A stretch of 64,000 nt of DNA from Torpedo marmorata (lineage: Eukaryota). The notes beneath the pieces are model-generated. The model saw nothing but the letters and a program-made list of their open reading frames with translations, was not told where the DNA came from and made no database searches. Position numbers and translations under genes: made by a program. Location: contig OZ360229.1 in NCBI GenBank assembly GCA_977017645.1, positions 24,304,001-24,368,000 on the forward strand, in the 5' to 3' direction. Positions 8,939 to 22,533 of the stretch are shown one piece after another (the stretch's first letter is position 1; each line of letters begins with the position of its first letter).

Positions 8939-9276
8939 GATGGAATATATTCTGAGTTAGTTGTGTCAACCCCTCTTTACATATGTAGCCTGAAACTTGC
9001 TCTAGGTGTGATTTTACCAGGGTCCTCTTGGTTCTGGGAGACTGATGTGCTGTTAGGGTGCCCTCGATTAGCTTGTGCTCTTAATTGGTCAGTTCTCTGT
9101 TGTGAGGTACTCACTGAAGTGGCTGTAGTTTGAGGAAGCAGACTTGGATGAATTGGGGAAGAGTGTGCCTGAGAGCTGGAGGTTGCAGGAGACCTGATAT
9201 TCTTAATTCACTCATCTCAATCCTACCCAGATTATGTGAGCACCATTGTAGCCCCCAGATCCCCACTGAAGCTGGC

Positions 9277-9763
9277 ACATAAGAACATAAGAAAGTAGGA
9301 ACAGGAGTAGGCCAACCGGCCCACCGAGCCTGCTCCGCCATTGAATAAGATCATGGCTGATCTGATCAATGACCTAACTCCATCTACCTGCCCTTTCCCC
9401 ATATCCCCTAATTCCTTTTTTATGTAAAAATCTATCCAACTGAACCTTAAATATGTTCAATGAAGCAGCCTCAACCGCTTCCCTGGGTAGAGAATTCCAC
9501 AAATTCACCACTCTTTGGGGAAAAACTGTTTTTCCTCATCTCTGTCCTAAATCTACTCCCCCGAATCTTGAGTCTGTGTCCCCTAGTCTTGGTCTCACCC
9601 GCCAGTGAAAAAACCTTCCTACCTCTATCCTATCCATCCCCTTCATAATTCTATATGTTTCTATAAGATCTCCTCTCATTCTTCTGAACTCGAGCGAGTA
9701 TAATCCCAGACGATTTAATCTTTCATCATAAATCAACCCCTTCATCTCAGGGATCAACCTGGT
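9277..9763 (-). mobile_element. CR1-like LINE 3' fragment
   Basis: RLNRLGLYSLEFRRMRGDLIETYRIMKG (CR1 ORF2 C-terminus) and an (ACATAAGA)n tail. Same family as 37052-37812. Confidence 0.85.
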
Positions 9764-10517
9764 CATAGCCCTTTGGAACACGGAACACAGTTGTAGTTGT
9801 CTACTCTCTTCTAGCAGCATTGATGGCCTGCAGATCCACAACCTGCTATCCCTGAGAATTGGTTCAGGATCAGCAGAGCACTGGGTTAAAATAAAAACAC
9901 AATGCTGGAGAAACTTAGCAGGTCAAACAGTGTACTTTATATAGCAAAGATAAAGATACATAACCAGGTGCCCGAACAAAATGGTGGGGAGGAGCACAGT
10001 CCCAAAGGCACTGGAGCATTGGGCTGTGTCTTGGCATAGCCTGGCTCAGAAGAACAAATTATTTCTGAGGTTCTCCCAGCTCTACACCAGCCTGGGAGGG
10101 AATGTGGATGCCAACTAATCCTCACTCCTTCCATACTACTGGGCGCAGCTTCAAACAGCTCCCCAAGGACCTTCAATATGTTTCTCTATCGTGGGGGAAT
10201 CATCTGACCTTTCCATCAACTTTACTGACTGACGATCTCCATTTGCCTTCTGCCTGATTATAGATCAGTCATGTGTCTTCCCATGTGAACCATTCTTCTC
10301 CATTTTAACTCTTCCTTGTATTACCAATATCTGAGTTGACGCTCCATGGAAAGGTGTTTTGGCAAAGTGGGGTGTGCTTTATTTTCCCCATTGTCTGTAA
10401 TTCCTGCCTCTTATCATAATCTGCAGAAGTCTCCTACAGCTCCTGTGGGACAGCAAGTTGCAGGATAGTGCATCTTTTCCCTACTGTAACTCTTGCAAGA
10501 AAAAGAATGGAAGATAG

Positions 10518-10715
10518 CAGTTAGCGCAACCCTATTACAACGTCAGTAACCTAGGTTCGAATCCAGCGCTGTCTGTAAGGAGTTTCTGCATTCTCCATGT
10601 GTCTGCGTGGGTTTCCTCCGGGCGCTCCAATTTCCTACCAGGTATTTGGGCCGCATGAGTTTGTGGGCCGGAGGACAGGCCTGTTACCGTGCTGTATGTC
10701 TAAATTTAAATTTAA
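10518..10715 (+). mobile_element. tRNA-derived V-SINE/HE1-like SINE, internally deleted
   Basis: B-box GGTTCGAATCC, core GTGGGTTTCCTCCGGG, and a CTAAATTTAAA tail. Confidence 0.75.
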
Positions 10716-11899
10716 AATATTCTGTTTCGGCCTGTGGTAATGTTTACTACAAATACTGTATTAAATTTTGCTGCATGTGTACTTCATGCTTGCATTGGCA
10801 GAGCATGCAGTATATTGCAGCCTTCATCTTTCTGCAAATTTCTGGATGTATTTGAAGGGATAATTTATTACGTATGTCAGTGATGTGAGCTTGTGCTGGA
10901 GCCAATAATATAGATCAGCTGACATGGCTGTCCAGATTTGCATGAGACAGTTTTCAATGGAGACTGAAATCACATGACTATCCAAGGATGAGTATTGTGA
11001 TCCTTGAACAGATATTTATGTTGCAGTAGTAAGATTTCTTGCAGTGTAGGAGCTTTGTGCATGATGTGTGACGTACTTATTGAACTATTGGTTCTTTATA
11101 TTTCTACAGAAGTTCAACCTTCGTACAAGTGCACCAGTTGTCTGAATTGATATGTATGCATGTAAAAGTGTGTGTTGAAGTAAGATGCTGGACTGATCTC
11201 TTAACATGTGCTGGATTTTGAAGGAAATACTGATAAATGACTCGCTGTAATACATGAACCTACAACTCCCATAGAGTGCATGCACACTTGGCCAAGTGCG
11301 GTGTGGTGATGTGTGTGCTGTGGGCCATCGATTGCTAAGGTCTAGCTATAGTTTTTTTATGTTGTCAGAAGATTGTTTTCTTTGTGTGTGCTTGCAAATG
11401 AGGTCCTTTGAAAGTGTATGTCCTCCTTGGAAATAAAGACACGTAAAGCAATGCTTGAGAATTGTGCTGGAGTGCCATTTGTTCTTGTCTGCTTGATTGA
11501 CGTGTTCAGCCTCTCCAAGCCTGCGACTTGCTTTCCTGGCATTTTAAGGATGCAACACTCTCTTCTCTGGAGGCGCCAGCCTGTTTCCCCCAGGTCCTCC
11601 GAGGTCTTTGAGGGAAAATTGATTTTGTGGCCTTTTTGGGTGACTGTGAGATGCCAGAGTGTTGATGTGGTGCAGAATAATGGGGTGTGGGTGGTAATTG
11701 TATTGCTGTGTGTGATGGTACAGACATGGAGTCATGGCCAGTTTGATGTAGACGAATGGGGAAAAGGAGGTCAGAACATTGGGTATGCACGAGTGAAAGA
11801 GTGATGCAGGGCAAGAGAGAGATGCCCAATGAAAGTTTGCTAAGTGAAATGGGTTTATAAATCCTCAGCTTCTGAATGGTGCCTCTTGTCACTGAGAAT

Positions 11900-12610
11900 C
11901 TCTCCATCTACTAAGCCTGTCACAACCCTGCTTGATAGTCTCCACCTTTGGCCTCTGCAGAATTTTGGCACCATCCAGTTACCATCACCATTACCTCCTC
12001 CTTCAGGGTCCTGTCCCTTGGCACCTGTGTGTTGCTCCTGCAGCAGTACAGCCAGCACCCTTTGTTGGAAATGCTGGCTCTGTATGCAGCAGGGAGATCC
12101 TGACACCTCTGTAAGCAGCAATTCCAACAGAGGGACACGATCACCATATAACCAGAGTGGATTAGACAAAGACAAGGAGAGTATCAGATAAATTCAGGGA
12201 CAGGGGGAGAGGCAATAGGACAAGGAGAGGGAGGGCGAGAAATGAAGGCAGAAGTAAGGGGGACAGAGAAGGTTGAAGGAATTTTGTGAGAGAGTGTTTT
12301 AAGGAAACGTGTGAATGTGAATGAATGGCATGAAAAAACTGGAACTATAATGAAGTCTTGTTTTGAGAACTTGAGATAAATCTCATGTGGCTCTCTGACA
12401 CAGATCAACTATGTGGGCACGGTTGCACTTCGCGAAGACCTCCCAGGCAGTCTTGTATTGCCCATGACTAGTACTGGAAGGTCTTTTGGCCCCCTTAGCA
12501 CACAGGACATTCCTCCTGCAGAAGATATTGTTGATCAGCCCTTCCAGGTTCCTCTCTTCAAACCTGAGGCCAGAGGAAACTGGTGCAGTATTGTCCAAGT
12601 ACTGAACCAT
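11900..12610 (-). pseudogene. Possible decayed Myb/SANT-like (Harbinger accessory protein-type) coding remnant
   Basis: LRFEERNLEGLINNIFCRRNVLCAKGAKRPSSTSHGQYKTAWEVFAKCN resembles the RF..ELE.L...V..RR.VL.......AWEE.A..VN pattern. A pyrimidine-rich, intron-like spacer lies at 12180-12380. The match is weak. Confidence 0.3.
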
Positions 12611-14354
12611 CTCCAGCAGCTGGAAAGATGCTGTTGGGTTGTCTTGCCTTTAGAGTGTTGGCTATTACAATTTTAGCAGCGTGTCCAAGTCCCAGCAGTT
12701 GTGAGTAATTCAATTAGAGCTTTTGAGTAACACCTGTTGAAACTGAAACAGTTACACAAGGGAGCTCCACAACGTTTTTTAAACTGCACAGTGGAACATT
12801 TCAATTTTGTTTTCTTTTGGAACTTCATGAATAAAAACAACATTGGGAAGATGTGCAAAATCAGTTTAATGTCAAGAAAATTGTGCTGAGGAACTTCTGG
12901 CTCACTGTCATGTTGGGGGAGGGGTGGAAGAAACATTTACATTTGTTTTTTTAAATCAAAATTCTCCATACTCAATGTTATGGCAGTTTGCGAACAGAAA
13001 TTCACCTTGAAGGAATTCAAAGCACTACCAAAACAAAAATCGCCTTGTGTGGAATTTATTTGTGTGTTATGTCTGGTTGTGTGTCTGCGTGTTTTACACC
13101 GAGGACCGGAGAACGCTGTTTCGTTGGGTTGTGCTTGTGCAATCAGATGACAATATACTTGACTTGATTTGAGAAAATATAACTAAATAAACACAAATTG
13201 CAAAAGAACATTTTGCTAATGGAAAATCGTGATACAAACACGAAGACTTTCAGAAATTTGCTAACCCCTGAACTACCCTCATCGTCAACTACTCTGAGAC
13301 CACCAAAATGTCTGTCTGCTCTGTTGAAACCACTTTTTACTTCCAATAATAACAACGGTGAATATTTGTTTATTTATCCTTTTATATTATCTCTTTTTCT
13401 TCTGTCTCAAGGACCATTGCGGTCATTTAATTTGTACCAATGTTGTTGTGTCTTGTGTACCTGTGTGGCTGCAGCAAGCAAAAATTTCAGCGATTCTGTA
13501 CACCGTCCTTGTGCATGTGACAATAAACATTTGTATCATTATCACATATCGTAGCATATGTACGAACCTTTGCTTTTGGAAAATGGGTGTACCTGACCAG
13601 AACAGCAAATAAGCTTTATGAACCACTGTAGTCTATATGAGAGAGTACTCTCATGGTGAGGTTATGTAAGGAATTTGAGGAATTTTCTTTTTACCTGCGA
13701 CAGGAAACCTGTGTTACTTGGAGGAGGTGGTTGGCAAATGTACATTGAAGGAGGCTATCAACAAACTGAGCTGAGTTGCTGCATTATCTTTTGTATGAAT
13801 TACAGGAGATTACACTCATAGCAGCTTTCGATGAAAAACTATTTATCATGGCAATGATGTCCATTTGTCATTATTTTACAGAAGGTAATTTCCATGAAAT
13901 ATTGGCTTTATATCTTTATTCCCAGATGCTGCCTGGCCTGTTGAGATGTTCCAGCATTTTCTGTTCTTTCAGATTTCCAAGACGCTCAGGTTTTTCCTTT
14001 TCATTATCATTTGCAGCTCATTCTTGTTGCTCAGCCAAATTGACAGTTTGAATCTCTTCTTGCATGTCCCATGGGACTTGCTTTAACCAGGCAGCCTTAT
14101 GCCAACTGCTTTGCAGATGGAGGATTAGCATGAATTTGCATTCTGTTTAATCTTATTATCTGTGATAAAAATGCAAATTTTATGTATTTCTTCTGAGCAT
14201 ACCAAATTTGGGGAAAAAAAGTGTTTTTTTTCTTTAACCTCTTCGCTTTGGGGTTTGTTCTATGTTTAGAAAGCTCTTAAACTGTGTCATTCTGTGACTC
14301 TGCAGCACATTTGTCTGAGTTACAAAGTTCTGGGTTCAAGTTTCACTTCAGAGA

Positions 14355-14720
14355 CCACCCATTTCAATTCCATTAACATAGACTTCTTTGGTTTCCATTT
14401 AAATCCCCCCCCTTCCCCCTGTCGCCTTTCCCCCTGCTCTCTCTCTCTCTCTCTCTCTCCCTCCCTCCCCCCCTTTTCCCTCTATCTCCTTTCACAGAGC
14501 CGATATCAGTTCTCACCTCTCCTCTTATCATATCCAATTAACACCTTTTATTGGTCTGAACTCCTCCCCCTGCCATTCTTCAGTCTTTATTCAAATGCCT
14601 TCCTGTTTTTTGCTTATACCTTGAAGGGCTCAGGCATAAAAGTCGGTAATATATCTTTACCTCCTATGGACACTGTGAGACCAGCTGAGTTCCTCCAGAA
14701 TTTCTGGGTGTTTTTACCAC
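14355..14720 (+). repeat. Penelope-like 3' tail
   Basis: GIY-YIG-end-like ATTAACATAGACTTC, a CT-rich tract and TTGAAGGGCTCAGG...GCTGAGTTCCTCCAG. Confidence 0.6.
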
Positions 14721-14857
14721 TTCAGAGACTATAGTGCCAAAATCCAGGTTTACAGTCTAGTGTGGTTTTGAGTGCTTCCAGGAGGTGAATCACCAGCTTC
14801 TTCTCAAGGACATTTACAATGGGCAATAAATGTTGGCCTCAACAACAATGCCCAGAT

Positions 14858-15176
14858 CAAATCAGAATTCAGAATTTAGAATTTATTGTCATGAACAAGT
14901 CATGAAATTCGGAGTTATGCGGCAGCATCATAGTGCAAACATTCATATTATAAACCATCTTACGACATTACTATAAAAATATAAATAATAGTGCACGAAA
15001 AGTAAGGCAGTGTCTTTGGTTCATTGATTATTCAGGAATCTGATGGCAGCGGGGAAGAAGCTGTCCTTGTGCCGTTGAGTGCTCGTCTTTAGGCTCCTGT
15101 ACCTTTTTCCCGATGGTAGCAGAGTGAAGAGGGCATGGCCTGGGTGGTGGGGGTCTTTGAGGATAGAGGCTGCTTT
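14858..15176 (-). mobile_element. Rex1/Babar-like LINE 3' end
   Basis: (TCAGAA)n tail, TTTATT and an ORF end shared with the elements at 32352-33566 and 48281-48727. Confidence 0.7.
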
Positions 15177-16724
15177 TGCAGCCATGAAAGGCAAAGACAT
15201 TTTATTGCTTTGTGCTTCAAGGGGAGACAGGTCTCAAATCAAAACTTTGAATAGCACTGCATCCTTGCATCAGAAACCACTGTTGATTGAGGAGGAGTAA
15301 CTGGTTTTTGCACTATGTAGGAATGTTTTAAGTTCAGGTGTACCGTACTACGTGTTGTGATAAATTACTGGAATCAAGAAGGTGTGTTATGACAAAGGTG
15401 CTCTGTCAACATGTTTAATGCTTTTCATCAAATGACCTGACATCCATATGCAGAGGCTACCTATCGTGACACTGCCTGGTGTAATTAACAAGAAACATGA
15501 AAATGGCTGGAAACTGAGAGGGATCAAAATCACCTAACAGCATGTATTTTAATGCAGACGCCGTTCTCGAATGAGACTATGCAGGCAGCCCAACTCTTCC
15601 CACACCTTTTTTTGTATGTTTAGTGTAGCTCTGTCACCTTTCTTGATGCCCCTTCCCTGCTGTCAAAGTGTGATATTCAGTACATTGCTGGCACCGTTAA
15701 TGAAGAGGTGGGTTTGCTGGCGATGCATCTGTGTGCAGAACTTTTACTATGACTGTTTCAGCACTAAAAAGGGCTAACATTTACTCAGTGTTTCATTTTA
15801 CACACACTCAAGCATGCAATATTGCTAGTGCTCACCATTTTTATTAAATCATTAAATCATCTCCTCATGTGCAACAAGAAAGTCTGCAGACATTGTATTG
15901 AACTCCGGTCAATTTCTTTTCACTCGCAGATAGACTGTTCCAAAATTTAAAATCGCTGCTAGACAGACGAGCAGAAGAAAGATTTAAATTCCACACTCGT
16001 TCTTCTCCGCGTTGGTTCTGCCTTTAGCCTGTTTCCACCAGGTCTGTGGAATTAAAATTAAACTCCACAGTTTAAAATGTTTACAGTTGTGTAGTATTTT
16101 TAGCTTGTGCTCTTCTATCCCCTGAGTGGAGAACTGATGTTTTGCCCTGATACATAGATTACTGAGGGATTAACGGCATTCTGTACAAGACCCAAACCAG
16201 CTCTCCTCTGTACTGGAGAAATACTATTATGAGGTCCTTGGAGGTTAATGCATAATCTGCAGCTGTTTCATAGAAGAGATTATAGATGTTATAAATGTAC
16301 TATTGTGTTTTGAATTTGGTGCACTATTATATTAGATATCACCTGGGGAAGCGAACTATCGAGGATGTCAGTGAGCAGAACCTGTGAGTAGAATTGGCCA
16401 ACGCTGACCTATTTTCAGGCTGTGAATGAATACATTTTCTGAAAACCAGCTTCGTTACCTTCTGTGAAGCTGCCTGTAACCCGTTTGTATGTCCACGTTA
16501 CGCCCTGCAACCCACTGAGGGTTCTGCACTCCTCCCATTGCAACTTCCTGGATTTTCATTCCCCACCATAGACGGGCTAGATCACTTCTGGAATTCAACC
16601 CCCCATCCTATAACTTCTCTGTTTCTCCTATCCTTCTAAGTTCCTTAAAGTCTTTGTCCAAGCTATTGGTCACCTGATCAAATAAATCCCTGTGTTGTTT
16701 AGTCAAATTTATTAGATAGAGCAA

Positions 16725-17130
16725 CAAGAGAATCTGCAGATTGTAGTAAATAAGCAAAAGTACTGGAGAAACTCCACAGGTTCCATCGTGTCCATAGGAG
16801 GCAAAGATATAGAACCATAGAACATTACAGCACAGAAACAGGCCTCTTCGGCCCTTCTAGTCTGTGCTGAACTATTTGTTTTGCCTAGTCCCACTGACCT
16901 GCACCCAGTCCATAGCCCTCCATACCTCTCCCATCCATGTACCTGTCCAAATTCCTCTCAAATGTTAAAAATGAGCCCGCATTCACCACTTAAGCTGGAA
17001 GCTCGTTCCACACCCCCACCACTCTGTAACGTTTTGACAAAGGGCTCAGGCCCGAAACATTGGTTATATATCTTTGCCTCTTATGGACACTGTTGGACCT
17101 GCTGAGTTCTCAAGCACTTTTGTGTATTTA
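16725..17130. repeat. Inverted pair of Penelope-like tails with a nested CR1 3' end (about 16810-17027)
   Basis: 16745-16810 is reverse-complementary to 17066-17130. A CATAGAA-type CR1 tail lies between them. Confidence 0.6.
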
Positions 17131-17712
17131 TTAGATAGTGCTCCTGTTTGACAGCGTTGATGCTGATTGTTGTTGAAAATAGGTCTGCATTGGCCATTTT
17201 TAGGTTGCATAGGTTGAGAATGGAGGGTGAGAGACGTCTCCGCTGGCCTGGTTTGTGTCCTATCGATACCAAGCTGATCATCCTCATTGCTGGAAAGCCT
17301 CTTTCTTTGTTTTTTTATTCAAAAAGAATGAATTAAACTGTTCTTGCCGTCTCAAAGTAGGCACTTGAATTACCAAACCAGGTTATGATGCAGCCAGTCA
17401 GTATACTTTCCACAGGACACCTAGAGAAATTTGATGACGCATTTCATGATGTGTCAAATCTCCTTGGACTTCTTAGAAAGTAGAATCTGATCAAACATCA
17501 AGAGTAGCTTTATTAGTGGAAAATTAAGGTGAACTAATCATTATTCATTCAAATTAAAACATTGATGAGAGCAGTAAAAGTCTTGCACTAAATTTACAGC
17601 GCAGAAATGGTCGATTTGACCCATTCAGTGCATATTGGCAAAGTGGAATTATGTTAGTTACTGCCCTTCTAGCTTTCTTTCCATGACTGTTGCTTCTTTT
17701 CAAGTGCTCATT

Positions 17713-20377
17713 ATTTTTATTTATTTTGTAAGGTGCTTTATATGAAGGTTTGCACTATGATGCTGCCGCAAAACAACAAATTTCGTGACATGCTCATGAC
17801 AATAAATTCTGAGTCTGAAAATTCTTTAAGAGAGAACTGAGGGGCAATGTTTCAATTAGAGTAGTTTTTAAAAAATTTTAAAAATATTTTATTTAAAATT
17901 TTTAATCACAAAATACATAAAATAGAATATAAAATTATCAAATTATTTATGACACATTTTCACCCCCCTCCCTCCCTCCCCTCCCCAACCCCCCCCACCC
18001 CCACTAATCTAATAAAAATATAATAAAAAGTAATAAAGAAAAAAGAAAGAAAGAAAAAGATAAAGTAAGGGGAATGCCATCTAGAAACTAATTCTATTAT
18101 GGAGGTCAAGTGTGCCAGTAGATCCGATATCCAGAGATCTTCAAATCCTTAAACCAACAGCTTTCATATATGGGCTCCAAATTTTTAAGAAAAAATGATA
18201 TTTATTACGTAAATTATAAGTAATTTTTTCAAGTGGTATACACGAACGAAGTTCTGCATGCCATCTTTCTAATCCTAAATCTAAATCAAATTTCTAAGTA
18301 ATAGCAATGCATTTTTTTGAAACAGCTAAAGCAATTCGCAAAAATTCTATTTGATACATATTTAATTTCATCTTAATGCTAAATTTTCTAATATCTCCAA
18401 ACAAAAATATCATAGGATCCATTGGGAATGTAATTTTAAATACTTTATCTAAATTTTTTTTAACTTTAAACCAAAAATCATAAACTTTTGGACAAAACCA
18501 TGTAGAATGTACAAAAGAACCTTCTTCTTTATTACATCTAAAACATAAACCTGAAAGTGTCGGATTAAATTTCTTTAATTTTTTAAGTGTTAAATATAGT
18601 TGATGAAAAAAATTATACTGTACTAATCTGTATCTAACATTAATAATCTTCGTCATACTAAATTTGCATAATTCTTTCCAATGATTTTCATCTATTCTTA
18701 CATTCAAATCTAATTCCCATTTTAATCTTGATTTATGTAATCCTATTTTAGGCAATTTCCTCTGAAACAATTTATACATTTGAGAAATAAATTTATTAAC
18801 ATCTCCATTAGTAACTAATAATTCTAATTCATTTTGTCTTGGTAGAATCAAAGCATAACCTAATTTCTCAATCAAAAAAGATCTAATTTGATAATAAGCA
18901 AAAAGTGTATTATCTGATATATTAAATTTATCTTTCATTCTTTGAAAAGTAATAAATTTCCCAGCTTCAAAACAATCTTTAATCTTTTTAATACCTTTTT
19001 GAAACTAAATTTTAAATAATTGATTATTAACAGTAAATGGAATAAGTCCATTTTGATATAAAGGCATCCTTGAAGAAATCAATCCTTTTCCACCTATTTC
19101 CTTATCTGTCTTGTTACATATTTCTAACAAATGTTTAAAAATAGGCGAATTTTTTTTTTTGTTGATATTAATTTAGAATCCCATTTATAAATAATTTCTT
19201 CTTTGGAGTCATCACCTATATTATTTAATTCTATTTTAATCCAAGCAGGAGATTTAGTTGAATCAAAAAATTCATTAACAAATTTTAATTGAGCTGCTTT
19301 ATAATAATTTTGAAAATTAGGAAGTTGTAAGCCACCCATTTCATAATTCCAAGTTAATTTTTCCATACCTACTCTTGCTAACTTTCCTTTCCATAAAAAT
19401 TTCCTAATAATTGAATTTAAATCTTTAAAAATTTTTTGAGGAATTCCATAAGGAATTGATTGAAAAAGATATTGAATTCTTGGAAAAATATTCATTTTAA
19501 TACAGTTTACTCTTCCCATTAAAGTTATAGGTAAATCTTTCCAATTTTCTAAATCTTTCTTTATTTTCACAAATAATGGTAGATAATTTAATTTATATAA
19601 ATTAGCCAATTTTGTATCAGCCCTTACTCCTAAATATTTAATTCCTTCCCTTGCCCATTTAAATTGTGTAATTTCTTTACATCTACTATAATCCCCTTGT
19701 GATAATGCCATAATTTCACTTTTATCAGAATTAATTTTATATCCAGATATTTCCCCATATTCTCTCAATAAAATAGACAATTGTACTAAAGATGTAATAG
19801 ATTTTGTCATATATATCAATACATCATCTGCAAACAAACTAATTTTATGTTCTTCCATTCCAACTTTAATACCAACTATTTTAGGATCTTTTCTAACTAA
19901 TTCAGCCAAAGGTTCTATCGCCAAAATAAATAATGCTGGTGACAAAGGACATCCCTGTCTAGTAGATCAAGTCAAAAGAAATTTTGGAGAAATTTGTCCA
20001 TTTGTAACTACTTTAGCCGATGGTTCTTTATATATAGTTTTAATCCAATTAATAAATGTATTTCCAAAGCCAAATTTCTCCAGTACCTTAAATAAAAAAT
20101 TCCATTCTACTCTATCAAAAGCCTTTTCAGCGTCTAATGTTAAAACTAATGGTAAATCTTCCTTCTTTTTATGTAAATTAATTAAGCTAATCAATCTAGC
20201 TATATTATCTTTTGAATATCTATTTTTAATAAAACTAGCTTGATCTACATGAATTAAATCTGGTAAATAATTAGCCATTCTATTTGCTAAAATTTTTGCC
20301 ATTATCTTATAGTCTACATTTAATAATGAAATAGGTCTATAAGATTCAGTTTTCAATATATCTCTATCCTTCTTTGG
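17713..20377 (-). mobile_element. 5'-truncated fish-type L1 (ORF2 RT to C-terminal zinc knuckle, disrupted) with about 150 bp of extra 3' sequence
   Basis: SYRPISLLNVDYKI, LDAEKAFDRVEW, LFADDVLIY and CFRCNKEEGSFVHSTWFC, with stops and frameshifts. TSD TCAAGTGCTCATT at 17700-17712 and 20378-20390. Confidence 0.9.
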
Positions 20378-20704
20378 TCAAGTGCTCATTGAGGAGTCTG
20401 TTAAATGTGATGATGCTTTATTCTCCATCATCCCTTCCAGCAGTGAGTTTCAGGTGGCTGCTACTTTTTGGGTGGGGAAATTAAGATTTCTCAGCTCCCT
20501 CCTAATTCTTGCATTTCAACTGAAGCCTGAATCCACCAATTATGCTCCTTTACCAAGTGATTGATGCTTATTCATACGCCACATCCTATCAGCCCTTGGT
20601 GACCTTTCTACCAAAGAAAACAGACCTAGTCTGTACGGTCACAATAGGATTGTAACACTCTGATCACCCGAGTAGCAAACTGGCCACTCTCCTCAGACCA
20701 ATGT

Positions 20705-20945
20705 TCAAGTTCAAGTTTATTTGTCATCTGATTGTACCAGTACAACCCGATGAAACGGCGTTCTCCGGTCCACGGTGCAGAACAATGCAAAACACACGTA
20801 CAGACATAACACACATGCAAACAAACGAAACATGTACACAGTACATATGTACATATGATTTAAATAAATATTCTTAATAAATAGTAGAGTCACGGAGAGT
20901 TGTTTTAGCAGTCATTCAGCAGTATCACTGCCTGTGGGAAGAAGC
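20705..20945 (-). repeat. LINE 3' tail (Rex/RTE-like), related to 13058-13168 and 39757-40005
   Basis: (TTCAAG)n tail with TTTATT and the shared TCATCTGATTGTAC..GTACAACC.GA.GAAAC.G.GTTCTCCGGTCC motif. Confidence 0.6.
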
Positions 20946-21799
20946 TATACAAAACAAATTTCATCTGTTCAAGTAATGCCTTGATGTAACGACTGAGTGA
21001 CTTGGAAAGGGTGACCTGTGACTAGCAATTTCTGGAGTGGTGTGACTTGGCTTGGAAAGGATTTCAACAATGTTCCATTCCAGGAGAAAAATGGATTTTC
21101 AGATGTGTAATGGTATTGGGAAAAAAAAATGCCAGAGTCACGTCTGAATTTCTGGGCAATAATTCTTTCACAGCGTCAATGATATAATTAATACTGTCCT
21201 GATCAATGATTTAATCCTCTTTCTTCCTTTCCATTTGGTGGAGTGTTTTATTTTTTGGTTGAAGGATTTGAAACCAATGAGACCAGCCACTTGGAGAAAA
21301 GAGGCACATGCACTGACACCCATATACTTGTAGGAGTACGAACATATCCACAGAGAATGTAGGCACACGTACACAGATGAGCTCACACTGCACTCTCACA
21401 AGGACAACACCTTTCTCTCTTGTCACTGCCTTTAATAGTGAACAAATGTTTTTCTCTTTTTTGAAAGAAAATTGCTTGTTATTCGTGTCTCAGGTTCTCC
21501 AACCTACTCTCCCTCTACGCAGTGCATTCTGTCATAAGAGGATGCAGTTGACTGGGACAATGATGTTTGACACAAAACACAGTGAAACCAGTCACCTGGA
21601 CCTAATCTGTCTTCCCAGCCACTGAGCAGAATTCAGTAAATCACATAATTTCACCAGGAATTAGCAGTGGAATTTGACGATGACAGCTGGAGTAGAAGGA
21701 ATTAATTCTCACATTCTATCGTAGTGTGAGACTGGAATGGAATTACCTTTGTCCCTCTGGAACAGCCTCCCGAACCCTGCTTTGAGAAAGTCATCATTA

Positions 21800-22533
21800 G
21801 GCCTTTTCACATCGCCGAGTGTATGTGGGCAGACCGTCTGATTTCCCGGGAACTTACCTGTAAAACGTCCAGTCTGAAAAGGCCCAACCTTGCATGGCAG
21901 ATCAAAATCGACCGGGCTCCGAGACCTAGTCGGGGGTACTCTCGGAGCCCGGCCGAGTTAACCCAGCAGCTGCCCTCTGGCAGTCTGAAAAAGCAAATGG
22001 CTTACCCAGTAATATTATTGACGTCAGCGCCTGCGTGCTTACGTCACATAAAACCCATAAAAATAGAAATAAGAGATACAACAATATAAATGTTACTTTA
22101 ACGATGCCAAAGGGACCTAAGCCACAATATTAAAAGTATTTTAAAATTGAAAAACTTGTAGCTTACTGAAATAAAAAAACAACGGGCCCGCTCAGGGCAG
22201 CGGCGGCTCAATGCGGGATCAATGAACCGCTCTGCGTTTCCATGGCGCTGGCAAAGTGGCAGAGCGGTTCCAGCTGCGTGGGGGATTATGGGTAACGAAG
22301 ACAGCCATTGATCTCGCATTGAGCCGCCGCCGCCCTGAGTGGGCCCGTTGTTTTTTGAAACATTTCCTGTGAGTGCGTAACGCGTCACTCGCATCGTCAT
22401 CGTTGGAGGTGGGACCGCCCTTAAATTGCCTGGTTGCTACTTTTCCAAGTAAGTTACGCTGCAGTCTGAAAGAACCCGGAGGCCAAGGCTTCGCTGGAAC
22501 TTTTCCCGGGACACAAGATGTCGGCGGTGTGAG
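21800..22533. mobile_element. PIF/Harbinger-like MITE, right TIR clipped
   Basis: Termini GGCCTTTTCACATCGCCGA...TCGGCGGTGTGA. Closely similar to 36278-37050, with an internal inverted repeat. Confidence 0.7.

Noticed and set aside
13198-13360. Open stretch ending at a GTGAAT donor-like site, possibly a host exon
   Set aside because: No recognisable protein similarity and no clear splice acceptor.
15900-16510. Possible old LTR or ERV fragment
   Set aside because: No paired termini, TSD or coding motif could be established.
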